This document shows positions 18,322 through 28,654 of a stretch of 64,000 bases of DNA, in pieces. Under the pieces are notes generated by a model. The model had not been told where the DNA came from. It did no database searches and saw only the letters and a list, made by a program, of their open reading frames with translations. The DNA lies in assembly GCA_947167345.1 (NCBI GenBank), contig CAMVHR010000004.1, positions 41,793-105,792 of the forward strand. The letters are read 5' to 3'. A program made the position numbers and the translations under genes. The stretch is from an uncultured Treponema sp. (GTDB lineage: Bacteria; Spirochaetota; Spirochaetia; Treponematales; Treponemataceae). Position 1 is the stretch's first letter; every line of letters begins with the position of its first letter.

Positions 18322-19314
18322 CTATCTGTGGCGTCCGCCCCCACCATGAGAACCACCATGGTAACCACCACCGCCTCCATGCGAGCGACTGCCGCTACTA
18401 CTGCTTGAAGAAGGCGGATTGTACCGCTTGGTCGTATTCTCTCGCAGGAAAGTATCCGTCATCTGAAGTTTTGCATCTTCGTCAGAAATGTATATCTGAG
18501 GATTTTCCGGTGCAACGAATACATACTTTCTCTTTATGGAAGAATTAAATATTAAGGCTGCAATAAAGCCTATAATCAAACCTGCAAGCATAAGATGGAA
18601 CTTTTGCTTAGGAGGCCTTGATGTCGTAACATAGAACTCGCCATTGAGAAAGTACATGTATTTGTCGCTGTTGCTGCTTCGAACGTAACTGCCTTCATCT
18701 CCTGCATAGAATAGACCATAGTTTTCGACACCTTTAAGGAAAGCATAAATACCTTTCTTTATATTCTCCCTGTAAGGCTCATAGCCGTTTTCTGCAACAT
18801 CGCTTGAAGTAGGCAAGAATTCATAAACATCGTCTAAAATCAAATCGATTATATTTGAATTGTAGCAAAGGACACCTTTTGCACTTGTTGAGATGTAATC
18901 AAAAGCAGGGCTTTTTCCAGACATATCCAGATAGAAAAATACGCCGTCAGTATGTTCGCCACAAATTCTGTCATAACTATAATGGGCATAATCTATGGTC
19001 TCATAGTCGTCTAACGGAGTACGCGCTGCCTGCACTATGACGTTCATCTGCACCTTTTCCGCCACCTCCCTTACAGCCTGTGTAAGCTCTGCAACCTCTT
19101 CATCAGAAAAGAACGGTTCTTCCGTCTCAGTTTCAGAGAATGTACACTTGCTTAAGTCATTGTCAAACGGCAGGGCAAGATTAGTAACGTTAATCGGAAT
19201 CTTTGAAACCTGGTTTGCAATTATTGCGGCAACTATAAGTGCAAGAAGCCCAAGCCAAAAATCTCCTCCCTTCTTTTTCTTTTCTTTTTTATTAACAGTG
19301 CTATTGTCAGTCAA
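18322..19314 (-). CDS. TPM domain membrane protein with Gly/Ser-rich tail (YdjH-like)
   Basis: TM-TPM(DGVFFYLDM)-TM then SSSSGSRSHGGGGG tail; TTG 19314 overlaps the upstream TGA, GGAGG SD. Confidence 0.78.
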   Translation of the reverse strand: MTDNSTVNKKEKKKKGGDFWLGLLALIVAAIIANQVSKIPINVTNLALPFDNDLSKCTFSETETEEPFFSDEEVAELTQAVREVAEKVQMNVIVQAARTPLDDYETIDYAHYSYDRICGEHTDGVFFYLDMSGKSPAFDYISTSAKGVLCYNSNIIDLILDDVYEFLPTSSDVAENGYEPYRENIKKGIYAFLKGVENYGLFYAGDEGSYVRSSNSDKYMYFLNGEFYVTTSRPPKQKFHLMLAGLIIGFIAALIFNSSIKRKYVFVAPENPQIYISDEDAKLQMTDTFLRENTTKRYNPPSSSSSSGSRSHGGGGGYHGGSHGGGGRHR

Positions 19315-20417
19315 AACACACCTCCGAGAAGCAATCCACCAATGACATAAACCGCTACGGTCAACGCTGCCGCAAGACCCCATGTGCAAAGTCGGAGTTT
19401 GCCAGTGTTAATAGGCGGAATGCCTGCAATCTTTCCTGTCTGCCCGTTCATGACAAACTCATACATCTGATCATTATACTTGTAGCTCATGAACCAAACA
19501 GGAAGCATTACATATTTCATGTTTGTGTAGTTTACAGTATAGGTTTCGCTTGAAACGCTAAGGCTTGAATAATCGCTTGCTGTATTCCTTACAATCCTTG
19601 ACAAAGTTGGCTGCAGACGGTTCTTGATCCTTTCAAGAATGGAATCTTTTTCTACGTCAAATTTTTCTGCGAAAAAGCCTGTTAAATACGACATTGAAAA
19701 ATCATGCATCTCGCTGTAGTCAAACGGTTCTATGGCATCCATAAGCTCGTCTTCAATGCGCTCAGAGCCGTCAGCAGGGATGCCCTCCGCATTGAGCTTT
19801 CCGCTTCTTTTTACATCGTATTCCTTTGTCTCGGTGTAGTCATAGTTTCCGCTGCGCCATGAGCGGATTTTTTTTCCTAAAGCTTCAAAGTCTACGTCAA
19901 AGCCAATGTCAGTGAGCCAGAACGGAACGTAAAGTCCTGTAATCTTGTCCAGCTGCTGCTGTGTGGCAAAATCCTTCGGAACAAACGGCTTAAAGCACCA
20001 TTCCTTGAATTTTTTTACAGCCTCGTCACGGCTAATCTTAAAGCCTATGACTTTCTGCGGACGATATTTACCAGTCATCTTTCCAGAAAGAATTACAGGA
20101 TTGTGACAGTAATAACAGAACAAAGCCGTCTGCTGGTCTGTCGCCATGATTTCTGCACCACAGCTTTTACAGTGATATAACTTTGTCTCGGACTCAAACT
20201 CGCCGTTGTCTTCAGTGCTTACTGTCTGCTCCGACTGTGAGTCGGAGTCCGCAGCTTCCTGCTCCTGCTGTGAGTCGGACTCATTCTTTGCAAAAAGCTT
20301 TTTTATTTCTTCTACTGTAAATGCTCCTCCACAGTATTCGCACGTAAGTTTCTGCTTTGCAGGGTTAAACTTTAAGTCCGCACTACAGTTGGGGCATTTG
20401 TATTCTACAATATCCAC
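19311..20417 (-). CDS. TFIIB-type Zn-ribbon membrane protein (YdjG-like)
   Basis: CPNC/CEYC and CKSC/CYYC pairs, YVPFW, LPVW, NGQTGK, C-terminal TM. Confidence 0.82.
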   Translation of the reverse strand: MDIVEYKCPNCSADLKFNPAKQKLTCEYCGGAFTVEEIKKLFAKNESDSQQEQEAADSDSQSEQTVSTEDNGEFESETKLYHCKSCGAEIMATDQQTALFCYYCHNPVILSGKMTGKYRPQKVIGFKISRDEAVKKFKEWCFKPFVPKDFATQQQLDKITGLYVPFWLTDIGFDVDFEALGKKIRSWRSGNYDYTETKEYDVKRSGKLNAEGIPADGSERIEDELMDAIEPFDYSEMHDFSMSYLTGFFAEKFDVEKDSILERIKNRLQPTLSRIVRNTASDYSSLSVSSETYTVNYTNMKYVMLPVWFMSYKYNDQMYEFVMNGQTGKIAGIPPINTGKLRLCTWGLAAALTVAVYVIGGLLLGGVF

Positions 20418-20449
20418 TAAACGTCTCCTCTTATTTTCAGAACAAGCTA

Positions 20450-21874
20450 TCAGCCTACAATGTCGCCAGTGTCAAAAGGATCACCACATTCAGGGCAGAA
20501 CTTCGGAGGATTATGAGGGTCACTTGGTTCCCATCCGCATTTGTCACACTTGTACAAAGGTGCGCCAGCAGGTTTTGGCTTGCCGCATTCCGCACAGAAC
20601 TTGCCTTTATTTACAGCACCGCAGCTGCATGTCCATCCCGCAGCACCGCTTTCGGCTGGTTTTGCAGTTCCACATTCAGGGCAGAACTTACCAGTTGCAG
20701 TTGCACCGCACTTAGGACATTTCCAGCCAGCCACTCCTCCTGCCGGTTGCTGTGCAACCGATTGCTGAGCCTGCTGTTGAGCGGCAACTGCCTGAGCTGC
20801 CTGCTGCATTCCGCCTCCCATCATGCCCATCATTCCCATGCCCATAAAGCCAGCTCCAGCTCCGTTTGCATTGTTTGCGGCATCCTGCATTGCGGCCGCC
20901 TGAGCTGTAGCCATGTATGCATTAATTCCGCCACCAAACTGAGCGGCTTCTTCCTGACGAGCCATTATCTTCTGACGGCGTTCGGTCATTGCAAGCTGTG
21001 CATCGCGAATCTGCTTTTCAACTTCCTCATCAGCTTTCATTGAAGCAATGCTAATCTTGACAATCTCAAGTCCACGTCCTTCAAGCCACTGGGTAGAAAG
21101 ATTTTCTTTTAAGAACTGAGAAAGCTCTGTTGTGTGTGCAGGAAGAGCAGAATAGCGGATGCCCATTTCAGAAATACGTGCAAAAGCTGGCTGGAGAGCG
21201 TCCAAAAGCTCACTGCGAAGCTGAGTTTCCAAAGCTTCATCCATTTTAAAGCTGTCAGCAACATTACCGCTTACATTTGTATAAAAGCGGATTGGATCTG
21301 CAACATGCAAGCTGTACACACCGAAACAGCGAATGCCTATGTCTGTGTCAATGCCTGCGTTTGCATCAACAACACGGAATGGAACTGGAGATGCCGTACC
21401 GTATTTATTGCCAATAAGTTCCTTTGTATTTACATAGTAAACACGCTGATCTTTAGGAGGTTCACCGCCAAATGTAAAGCGTTTTCCCATCTCCTTAAAA
21501 GTTGCAAGAATGCTTGAACCAAGGCTTCCTGCAAAAATAGAAGGCTCTGTTGAAGAATCATATACAAAATCGCCAGGTTCGGCACACAATTCTGCAACCT
21601 TACCGTTATCTACTATTATCATGCACTGTCCGTCAGCAACTGTGACTACAGAACCGTTTGATATTACATTATCAGAGCCTTTTGTATTGGCAGATCTTTT
21701 TCCTGTTCTTTTTATTCCCCTTACAATAAGGGTATCAGAAGGAATTGCATCACATGTAAAATATTCCTTCCACTGGTCTGCAAGAGTACCACTTACAGCT
21801 CCACCAAGAGCTGAAATTGCCCCAACGCCTGTAGCGCTACCAACCGCATTTGCAGCTAAAGCTAAAAGTCCCAT
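20450..21874 (-). CDS. SPFH (Band_7_1) domain protein with C-terminal zinc ribbons (YdjI-like)
   Basis: SNGSVVTVADGQ, KYGTASPVPF, Gly/Met-rich linker, three CxxC/CxC...FCxECG units. Confidence 0.85.
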   Translation of the reverse strand: MGLLALAANAVGSATGVGAISALGGAVSGTLADQWKEYFTCDAIPSDTLIVRGIKRTGKRSANTKGSDNVISNGSVVTVADGQCMIIVDNGKVAELCAEPGDFVYDSSTEPSIFAGSLGSSILATFKEMGKRFTFGGEPPKDQRVYYVNTKELIGNKYGTASPVPFRVVDANAGIDTDIGIRCFGVYSLHVADPIRFYTNVSGNVADSFKMDEALETQLRSELLDALQPAFARISEMGIRYSALPAHTTELSQFLKENLSTQWLEGRGLEIVKISIASMKADEEVEKQIRDAQLAMTERRQKIMARQEEAAQFGGGINAYMATAQAAAMQDAANNANGAGAGFMGMGMMGMMGGGMQQAAQAVAAQQQAQQSVAQQPAGGVAGWKCPKCGATATGKFCPECGTAKPAESGAAGWTCSCGAVNKGKFCAECGKPKPAGAPLYKCDKCGWEPSDPHNPPKFCPECGDPFDTGDIVG

Positions 21875-22007
21875 CCTAATTATCCTCCATAATATTTCAA
21901 TATGAATATTCTCTATTATAGTATATGTTTTGCAATCTGCAAGTTTTTATTTTCTTTAAGTTTTATGTTGGACTTTTCAAAAGTGATATGCTACACTTAT
22001 TATATAG

Positions 22008-23720
22008 ATGAAAAAACGTAACATTGAAAGTACACTGAAAAATATATCACTTAACAAAGAGCCTCCGAAAGTATTTTTCTTTATAATACTGTTACTTTAT
22101 TTTCTGACCTATATTATCCTTGCAAGAGTTGCCCACAGCAAGGGAGTTGTTGTCTTTTTGGGTGTGCCTGTACCAATAACACTTTTTAGCGGTGTTTTTT
22201 CTTCATTATCAAATATATGCATAATATTTCTTGTCGTTCTTTTTAAAAAAGTAGGATTCATAACAGCTCTTGTAATATTGCTATATCAGTTCCCTATCCT
22301 TGTAATAGCCGTATTTTTTAGGCATTTGTTTTCAAGCATACCTGGCATATTCTCAAACATCTTTACAGTTGTTGCCATTACAATCATACATATTAATGAC
22401 AAGCGGCTTGAAAAGTTTCAGGAGCGAATGAGAAAGCAGGCTGTAACGGACATGCTTACGGGGCTTCCGAACCGTTTTGCCTGTTCAGAGCTGGTAAGCG
22501 ACCTGATGAAAAAAGATGAAAGGTTTGCCGCCGTATCAATAGACCTTAACAATTTTAAGAACATAAACGACACTATGGGGCAGGAAGTCGGAAACGCAAT
22601 CCTTAAGGAAATTGCATTACGATGGAAAACTCTAGCAGATTCGCATTTGTCAGGTACTGAAGACTTTGTTGCCCATGCGCGAGGAGATGAGTATTACATC
22701 ATCATAAGGGGCTATGTCTCTAGCGATGACATAATACATACGATTGAAACGTATGAAGCAGAGCTTGAACGCAAGATAACCATCAATGACTGTGACTACT
22801 TTATGACAGCCTGTTTTGGCTATGCGGAATATCCGACTGATTCCTCTAAAAACGGTAATCTTATTTCTTATGCGGATGCCGCATTGCATGAAATAAAAAG
22901 GCAGGACACCAGTACTAAAATCCTGCACTTTTCAAAAAGCCTTTTACAAGCGGAACAGGTTCTGGAAATGGAACGTAAGATTCGTGCGGCTCTTGAAAAT
23001 GATACGCTGTTCTTCCATCTTCAGCCGCAGTACTATGCGTCGCACAAGTTGCGGGGCTTTGAGGTTCTTGCACGCATGAAGGATGATGACGGAAGCATTA
23101 TTCCTCCAGGAAAGTTCATTCCTGTTGCTGAAAAATTCGGCCTCATAGACCAGATAGACAGCCGTGTGTTCAAAAAGGCGGCTTGCTTTCTTGGGAAAAT
23201 CCTTAAGAAAAAGGATATGCACCTTATATTATGCACGAATGTTTCAGTCCGGCACCTGATGAAAAACAATTTCATTGACGAAATCAAGGATATTGTAAGG
23301 GAAAGCGGTGTTTCACCTGATCATTTTGAAATAGAGATTACTGAATCAATAATGATTGAATCCGTTGAAAAAGCCCTTCAGTACATAAAGGAGCTGAAGG
23401 GGCTTGGCATGAAGATTGCAATAGACGATTTTGGCACGGGATATTCTTCATTGAGTTACCTTAACAAATTCCCTGCCGACATGCTTAAGATAGACAAGTC
23501 GTTTATAGACGTAATGAACAACTCTGATTCTTCAAAAAAGTACGTTGCCACAATCATTTCAATTGGGCACGTACTTAATCTTGAAGTCATCTCAGAGGGT
23601 GTTGAAACTGATGATCAGCTTGAAACCTTAAAGCACATAGGGTGCGACTACATTCAGGGGTTCTTGTGGGGAAAACCTATGCCGCCCGAAGAAGCTGAAA
23701 AGCTGGTGCTTTCATTGTAA
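22008..23720 (+). CDS. Membrane GGDEF-EAL protein; likely c-di-GMP phosphodiesterase
   Basis: N-terminal TMs; DMLTGLPNR; GGDEF site reads RGDEY; EVL, DDFGTGYSSL, KIDKSF and EGVE motifs intact. Confidence 0.9.
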   Translation: MKKRNIESTLKNISLNKEPPKVFFFIILLLYFLTYIILARVAHSKGVVVFLGVPVPITLFSGVFSSLSNICIIFLVVLFKKVGFITALVILLYQFPILVIAVFFRHLFSSIPGIFSNIFTVVAITIIHINDKRLEKFQERMRKQAVTDMLTGLPNRFACSELVSDLMKKDERFAAVSIDLNNFKNINDTMGQEVGNAILKEIALRWKTLADSHLSGTEDFVAHARGDEYYIIIRGYVSSDDIIHTIETYEAELERKITINDCDYFMTACFGYAEYPTDSSKNGNLISYADAALHEIKRQDTSTKILHFSKSLLQAEQVLEMERKIRAALENDTLFFHLQPQYYASHKLRGFEVLARMKDDDGSIIPPGKFIPVAEKFGLIDQIDSRVFKKAACFLGKILKKKDMHLILCTNVSVRHLMKNNFIDEIKDIVRESGVSPDHFEIEITESIMIESVEKALQYIKELKGLGMKIAIDDFGTGYSSLSYLNKFPADMLKIDKSFIDVMNNSDSSKKYVATIISIGHVLNLEVISEGVETDDQLETLKHIGCDYIQGFLWGKPMPPEEAEKLVLSL

Positions 23721-25055
23721 GGTCTTGCAAATCTTCAAGTAGCGAACAAAATTTATCAGGCAGCGAACTCCTTCGTCTGCTATGATTGCAAGAAACACTC
23801 CTGCTATGCTCAAATGGAAGCAGAATACAAAAAGGCTGGCACATCCTATTACAAAGCACGTGCCAAAAATCTGTGTAAAGAACATCCATCTTGTGTCTCC
23901 GCTTCCACGAATGCCGCTTCCGATGATTATATTTCCAGACTTTGAAAAAAAGTTTATGCCTACAAACAGAAGGTATATTCCCGAAGTTGTGATGATGGCA
24001 GAATCTTTTGTAAAGACAGATATGATCTGTTCTGGAAAGAATACTCCTGCAAAAACCATGCACAGAGCAAGCACAAAACTGAGTGAATATGCAATGACGC
24101 ACACCCCCTTGAACTGTCTTAAGTCTTGCTTTCCTGTAGCTTCACTTGTCAAAGTCAGCGTTGCACTGCCTAAAGAGCCTACGACTACAACTGCCAGCAT
24201 TTCCACTCCGAATACAATGGAGTATATTCCTGCGGCAAGCTCATTTATTGTGTTTAAAATTCTGATTATGGCAAGGTTTCCTATGTTCCACAAAAAATCT
24301 TCCAGGGCTGTGTTTATTCCTAGCTTTGCAGAATGCAGGTAGCTTGCAAGCCGTGCCTTTTTGACACTTTCAAACTTTGGTCGTGTAGAAAGCTTTCTGC
24401 TATTTAGGAATGCAACAGTAATGTAGACTGCTCCGATATATTCTGCGATTGTAGTTCCAAGTGCAGCACCTTTTACACCCATCTGTGGAAATCCCAGCTT
24501 TCCAAAAATCAAAACCCAGTCTAAGAACATGTTCGCGACAGAGCGCAGAAAGCTCCATACTGCAAGATGCTTTGTGTAGTTTGAGGTTTGGAAAATGACT
24601 GTGGTCGAAGCTCCTAGACCTGTTAAAAGAAATATGGGGGAGTAATATCGGGCGTAGTCAACACACAAAGGCATTAGGCTGTCCGAAACTCCCATCAATT
24701 TGAAAATGGGTCTTGAACAGAAAAACCAAACGAAGAACAATACTATAGGAAGGGTATTGTTGTGCTTTAAAAGTGCTCCTGCATATTCTTCAACTCTTGT
24801 ACTGTTATTTGCTCCGACATTCTGGCTTATCAGAATTGAAGCACCTGTTGCTATTGAAAAGCAGACGGCCATTGTAGTCCAGATTGGGAATGAAGCATTG
24901 CCCAGAACGCTCATGTATAATGGGTTTGCCCGTCCCAAAAAGATGCGGTCAATCAGCATCTGAACTTGATTTATTATGTTGCTCAAAATGAGCGGTACTG
25001 CCAATGCAAGCAGCCGTGTAAAATATGTTTTATAATTCTTTGTGTAAAATTTCAT
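23712..25055 (-). CDS. MATE family efflux transporter
   Basis: About 12 TM; LIFGKLGFPQMGVKGAALGT; RGSGDT. Confidence 0.9.
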   Translation of the reverse strand: MKFYTKNYKTYFTRLLALAVPLILSNIINQVQMLIDRIFLGRANPLYMSVLGNASFPIWTTMAVCFSIATGASILISQNVGANNSTRVEEYAGALLKHNNTLPIVLFFVWFFCSRPIFKLMGVSDSLMPLCVDYARYYSPIFLLTGLGASTTVIFQTSNYTKHLAVWSFLRSVANMFLDWVLIFGKLGFPQMGVKGAALGTTIAEYIGAVYITVAFLNSRKLSTRPKFESVKKARLASYLHSAKLGINTALEDFLWNIGNLAIIRILNTINELAAGIYSIVFGVEMLAVVVVGSLGSATLTLTSEATGKQDLRQFKGVCVIAYSLSFVLALCMVFAGVFFPEQIISVFTKDSAIITTSGIYLLFVGINFFSKSGNIIIGSGIRGSGDTRWMFFTQIFGTCFVIGCASLFVFCFHLSIAGVFLAIIADEGVRCLINFVRYLKICKTLQ

Positions 25056-26271
25056 TTTTTATCCAATCATCCTTTGTCAGGTAGTTTATGTGTTCCGTTC
25101 TTTTTTCGTGAAGGAGTTTCACCTCCACATCCTTTATTGTCTGATGGTATGTAAAGCCAAGCTTTTCCTGCAGGCGTTTTGACTTTTCGTTTCCGTCAAA
25201 ATAAGCTCCCCAGATTCTGTTCATTCCGCAGTCTTCGAATGCGTGCCGAATCAGCTCTTTTGAAGCTTCTTCTGTAATGCCTTGTCTCCAGAAAGGTTTG
25301 GCAAGCCAGCTTCCGATCTCGCATTCATCATCACGCTCTGTTTTGTCGGTGTGCCCGTTCAGCTTTAGTTCTATTGCGCCGATTGCCCTGTTGTCTGTCT
25401 TAAGGCAGATTGCATAGGCTTCTGCTCCGTTCAGTCCTTTCTGTATGACGTTACGGCTTTCTTCTTCGCTGTGGTGCACCGGCCATCCTGCTGCAGGTCC
25501 TATGTCCGGGTCTTTCGCATAAGTGTACAAGTCCTTTGCATCACTTTCCTGCCAGCGGCGAAGAATAAGTCTTTTTGTCTGAAGCATGAGGGCATGGCGA
25601 GCTGCTTCTGTTGCATGGATTATTGTTGTGTCGTAGACAGGAAGACAGCTGTCATTTTTGCCGATGAGCATTCCAATTTCCGTGCATCCCAGAATTACTC
25701 CCTGAGCTCCCTTTTCCTTCATGTCAGATATTATCCTTTTATATTCTGTACGAGAAGAATCCAGGACTTTGCCAAGGCACAGCTCGTTGAATATTACGTT
25801 GTTTACAAGCTCTATGTCCTTTTCATCTGGAACAATTACGTCCAAGCCTGCGGCGGTAAGCCTGTCCTTAATGAAATCCTGAGTCATTGTAAACTTTGTG
25901 CCAAGCAACGCGACTTTTTTTAGTCCGTCACGCTTGATGCATTCTGCCGTTGCATCCGCTATGTGAAGGATGGGAATGTGAACGGTCTTTTCTATTTGAG
26001 GAACTAGCTTGTGCATCGTATTTGTTGCAATTACTATGAATCTTGCACCTGCCTTTTCAAGACGCTGTGCTGCATCTGAAAGAATTTGAGCATTGCCGTC
26101 CCAGTTGCCTGAAGACATGTTTTTTTCAAGTTCTGCAAAATCAACATTGTACATCATAATCTTTGCACTATGGAAACCGCCTAGGGCTTTTGCAATTTCC
26201 CTGTTCATGATTTCATAATATGTGACGGTGCTTTCCCAGCTCATGCCGCCTATAAGTCCTATTACATTCAT
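25030..26271 (-). CDS. Aspartate/glutamate racemase (YgeA/RacX type) fused to RimJ/RimL-type GNAT acetyltransferase
   Basis: IGLIGGMSWESTVTYY, ATNTMH, LGCTEI; continues with no stop into LQTKRLILRRW...WRQG...N.KS..LQEKLGF. Confidence 0.88.
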   Translation of the reverse strand: MNVIGLIGGMSWESTVTYYEIMNREIAKALGGFHSAKIMMYNVDFAELEKNMSSGNWDGNAQILSDAAQRLEKAGARFIVIATNTMHKLVPQIEKTVHIPILHIADATAECIKRDGLKKVALLGTKFTMTQDFIKDRLTAAGLDVIVPDEKDIELVNNVIFNELCLGKVLDSSRTEYKRIISDMKEKGAQGVILGCTEIGMLIGKNDSCLPVYDTTIIHATEAARHALMLQTKRLILRRWQESDAKDLYTYAKDPDIGPAAGWPVHHSEEESRNVIQKGLNGAEAYAICLKTDNRAIGAIELKLNGHTDKTERDDECEIGSWLAKPFWRQGITEEASKELIRHAFEDCGMNRIWGAYFDGNEKSKRLQEKLGFTYHQTIKDVEVKLLHEKRTEHINYLTKDDWIKNEILHKEL

Positions 26272-26491
26272 TTTATCGAAACTCCGTTGCAACCAGTGTG
26301 GCAAAGCTTGTAATGTTTGTCAAGTTGGCTTAAAATTTTCCAAAATAATGCATATCGCAAAAATTTGATTTATATGTGAAATTTTAAGAATAAATAAAAA
26401 AAACTTGACAAAGGTTTATTTTGTAATGGATAATTTAGAATAGAGCATAAATTTTTATCAGCTTCTACAACCATTTTATTAAGGATTATTC

Positions 26492-28567
26492 ATGAAATCA
26501 ATCGGTGCGAAAATTCTTTTGGGAAATATTTTTGTAGTACTTTTTTCAATAGTATTAATTTCAGTTCCAGTTACTACCATGCAGTATAAAAGCCTTGTTG
26601 CGGATGCAATTCAAGCTGGTGAGTCACAGGTTGCCCTTGCCAACGCAAACTTGAACTTGTTTTTGCAAAAGCCAATAAGCATTGTCATGACTGCAAAGCA
26701 TTACCTGGAAACGCATCCCGTAAATCAGACTGATATTGAAAACTTTTTTGAGCATACTTTGAATGGCGAAAAACAATTTTCGGAGTTGTACTTTGCAAGC
26801 ATCATGCCGTATAAGATTGGCGGCTACTTCTATGCAAATGACCGTTGGACTCCTCCTGCTGACTATGACCAGACCACAAGGGCTTGGTTCAGGGCAGGAA
26901 TCTCTGCAAAAACTTTTGCAATATCCGACCCTTATCTTGACAACGTTACAAAGACGATGGTCGCCGCTCTTTCCACAAGTGTCAAAAAGAATGGGCAGGA
27001 TGTTGGCGTGCTTGCCGTTGACATTCAGCTTGGAATGCTTAACGACATGGTTTCTGGCGTTAAGATTACGAAATCCGGCAAGTCTTATCTTTTGGATGCT
27101 AACGGAAGATACGTTACCAACGAAGATACTTCAAAGCTTATGACAACAGATTTCTTTTCCGAATATGGCATGGAATCTTTCCGTTCAAGAATAAGCGGAA
27201 ACGAGCATTTTTTTACAGACAATGCCGGAAAGGGGTTTTATCTTGCAGCACAGGAAATTTCGAATGAAAGCGGCTGGATTTTTGTTACCATAGGACCTCG
27301 CAAGGAACTGTATCAGGCTGTAAGCCATAACATACGCATAATCGTATTGCTTGCCGTCATAAGCCTTGTTGGTGCGGCTGTGATTGCGGTACTGATAGCA
27401 AGCCCAATCATTAAGCCAATAAAAGTTGTTGACAAGAATGTCAATGAAATTGCAAGCGGCAGGGCTGACCTGACAAAACGCATTCATTTTAGCAGCAATG
27501 ATGAAATTGGAAGTCTTGTTTCAGGGTTCAATCAGTTTTCCGAAAAGCTTCAGAATATTATTCGCGACATAAAGATGTCAAAGAACTCTCTTAACAATGC
27601 CGGTGAACATCTTTCCGAAAGCCTTTCTGATACGGCCAGTTCCATTACGCAGATTATTGCAAACATTGAAAGCATGCACTCTCAGATTAGCACCCAGGGC
27701 AACAGTGTTTCGCAGACGGCTGGTGCTGTCAATGAGATTGCTTCCAACATAGATTCCCTTGAGCACATGATTTCAAAGCAGACGGAAAATGTTGCGCAGG
27801 CATCTGCCGCTGTAGAGCAGATGATAGGCAATATTACTTCCGTAAACACTTCTGTAGACAAGATGGCTACTTCGTTCGGTGACCTGCGTAACAATTCTCA
27901 GGTGGGAATTACCAAGCAGAAGGACGTAAACGAGCGTATTGAAAAGATAGAAAGCCAGTCTCAGATGCTGCAGGAAGCAAACGTTGCCATTTCTGCAATT
28001 GCAGAGCAGACAAACCTTCTGGCCATGAATGCGGCAATTGAAGCTGCCCATGCAGGAGAAGCCGGAAAAGGTTTTGCTGTTGTTGCTGATGAAATCCGAA
28101 AACTGTCTGAAACATCTACTGCTCAGTCAAAGACTATCGGTGAGCAGCTTAGCAGCATTAAGGATTCCATTAATGAAGTTGTTGATGCAAGTTCCGAGGC
28201 AAGCGTTGCATTTGAATCTGTTACCAAAAAGCTTGAAGACACTGATGCCCTTATCATGCAGATTAAGTCGGCAATGGAAGAGCAAAACGAAGGATCAAAG
28301 CAGATTACAGCGGCATTGCACAATATGCAGGACAGCACTCTTGAAGTACGCAGTGCATCGGTTGAAATGCAGGAAGGCAACAAGGCTATTCTTGAAGAGG
28401 TAAAGAATCTTCAGAATGCAACTACTGCCATGCGTTCAAGCATGGATGAAATGAGTATTGGTGCAAAAAAGATTAATGAAACAGGTACGTTACTGAGCGA
28501 TGTTGCAGGCGATATGCAGCAGTCAATTAATGTAATCGGAAGCCAGATTGACCAGTTTGAAGTCTAA
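26492..28567 (+). CDS. Methyl-accepting chemotaxis protein (dCache-HAMP-MA)
   Basis: [33 protein letters not shown] signature; two TMs. Confidence 0.95.
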   Translation: MKSIGAKILLGNIFVVLFSIVLISVPVTTMQYKSLVADAIQAGESQVALANANLNLFLQKPISIVMTAKHYLETHPVNQTDIENFFEHTLNGEKQFSELYFASIMPYKIGGYFYANDRWTPPADYDQTTRAWFRAGISAKTFAISDPYLDNVTKTMVAALSTSVKKNGQDVGVLAVDIQLGMLNDMVSGVKITKSGKSYLLDANGRYVTNEDTSKLMTTDFFSEYGMESFRSRISGNEHFFTDNAGKGFYLAAQEISNESGWIFVTIGPRKELYQAVSHNIRIIVLLAVISLVGAAVIAVLIASPIIKPIKVVDKNVNEIASGRADLTKRIHFSSNDEIGSLVSGFNQFSEKLQNIIRDIKMSKNSLNNAGEHLSESLSDTASSITQIIANIESMHSQISTQGNSVSQTAGAVNEIASNIDSLEHMISKQTENVAQASAAVEQMIGNITSVNTSVDKMATSFGDLRNNSQVGITKQKDVNERIEKIESQSQMLQEANVAISAIAEQTNLLAMNAAIEAAHAGEAGKGFAVVADEIRKLSETSTAQSKTIGEQLSSIKDSINEVVDASSEASVAFESVTKKLEDTDALIMQIKSAMEEQNEGSKQITAALHNMQDSTLEVRSASVEMQEGNKAILEEVKNLQNATTAMRSSMDEMSIGAKKINETGTLLSDVAGDMQQSINVIGSQIDQFEV

Positions 28568-28588
28568 ATGCAATGGCTAAATAAAAAG

Positions 28589-28630
28589 AGACCTGCCTTG
28601 TAGCTGTTACGCTTCCGGCAGGTCTTTTTT
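28589..28630. terminator. Bidirectional intrinsic terminator
   Basis: AGACCTGCC...GGCAGGTCT with flanking A and T tracts, between convergent genes. Confidence 0.75.
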
Positions 28631-28654
28631 ATTTTTATAAAACTGTAAGAAAAT

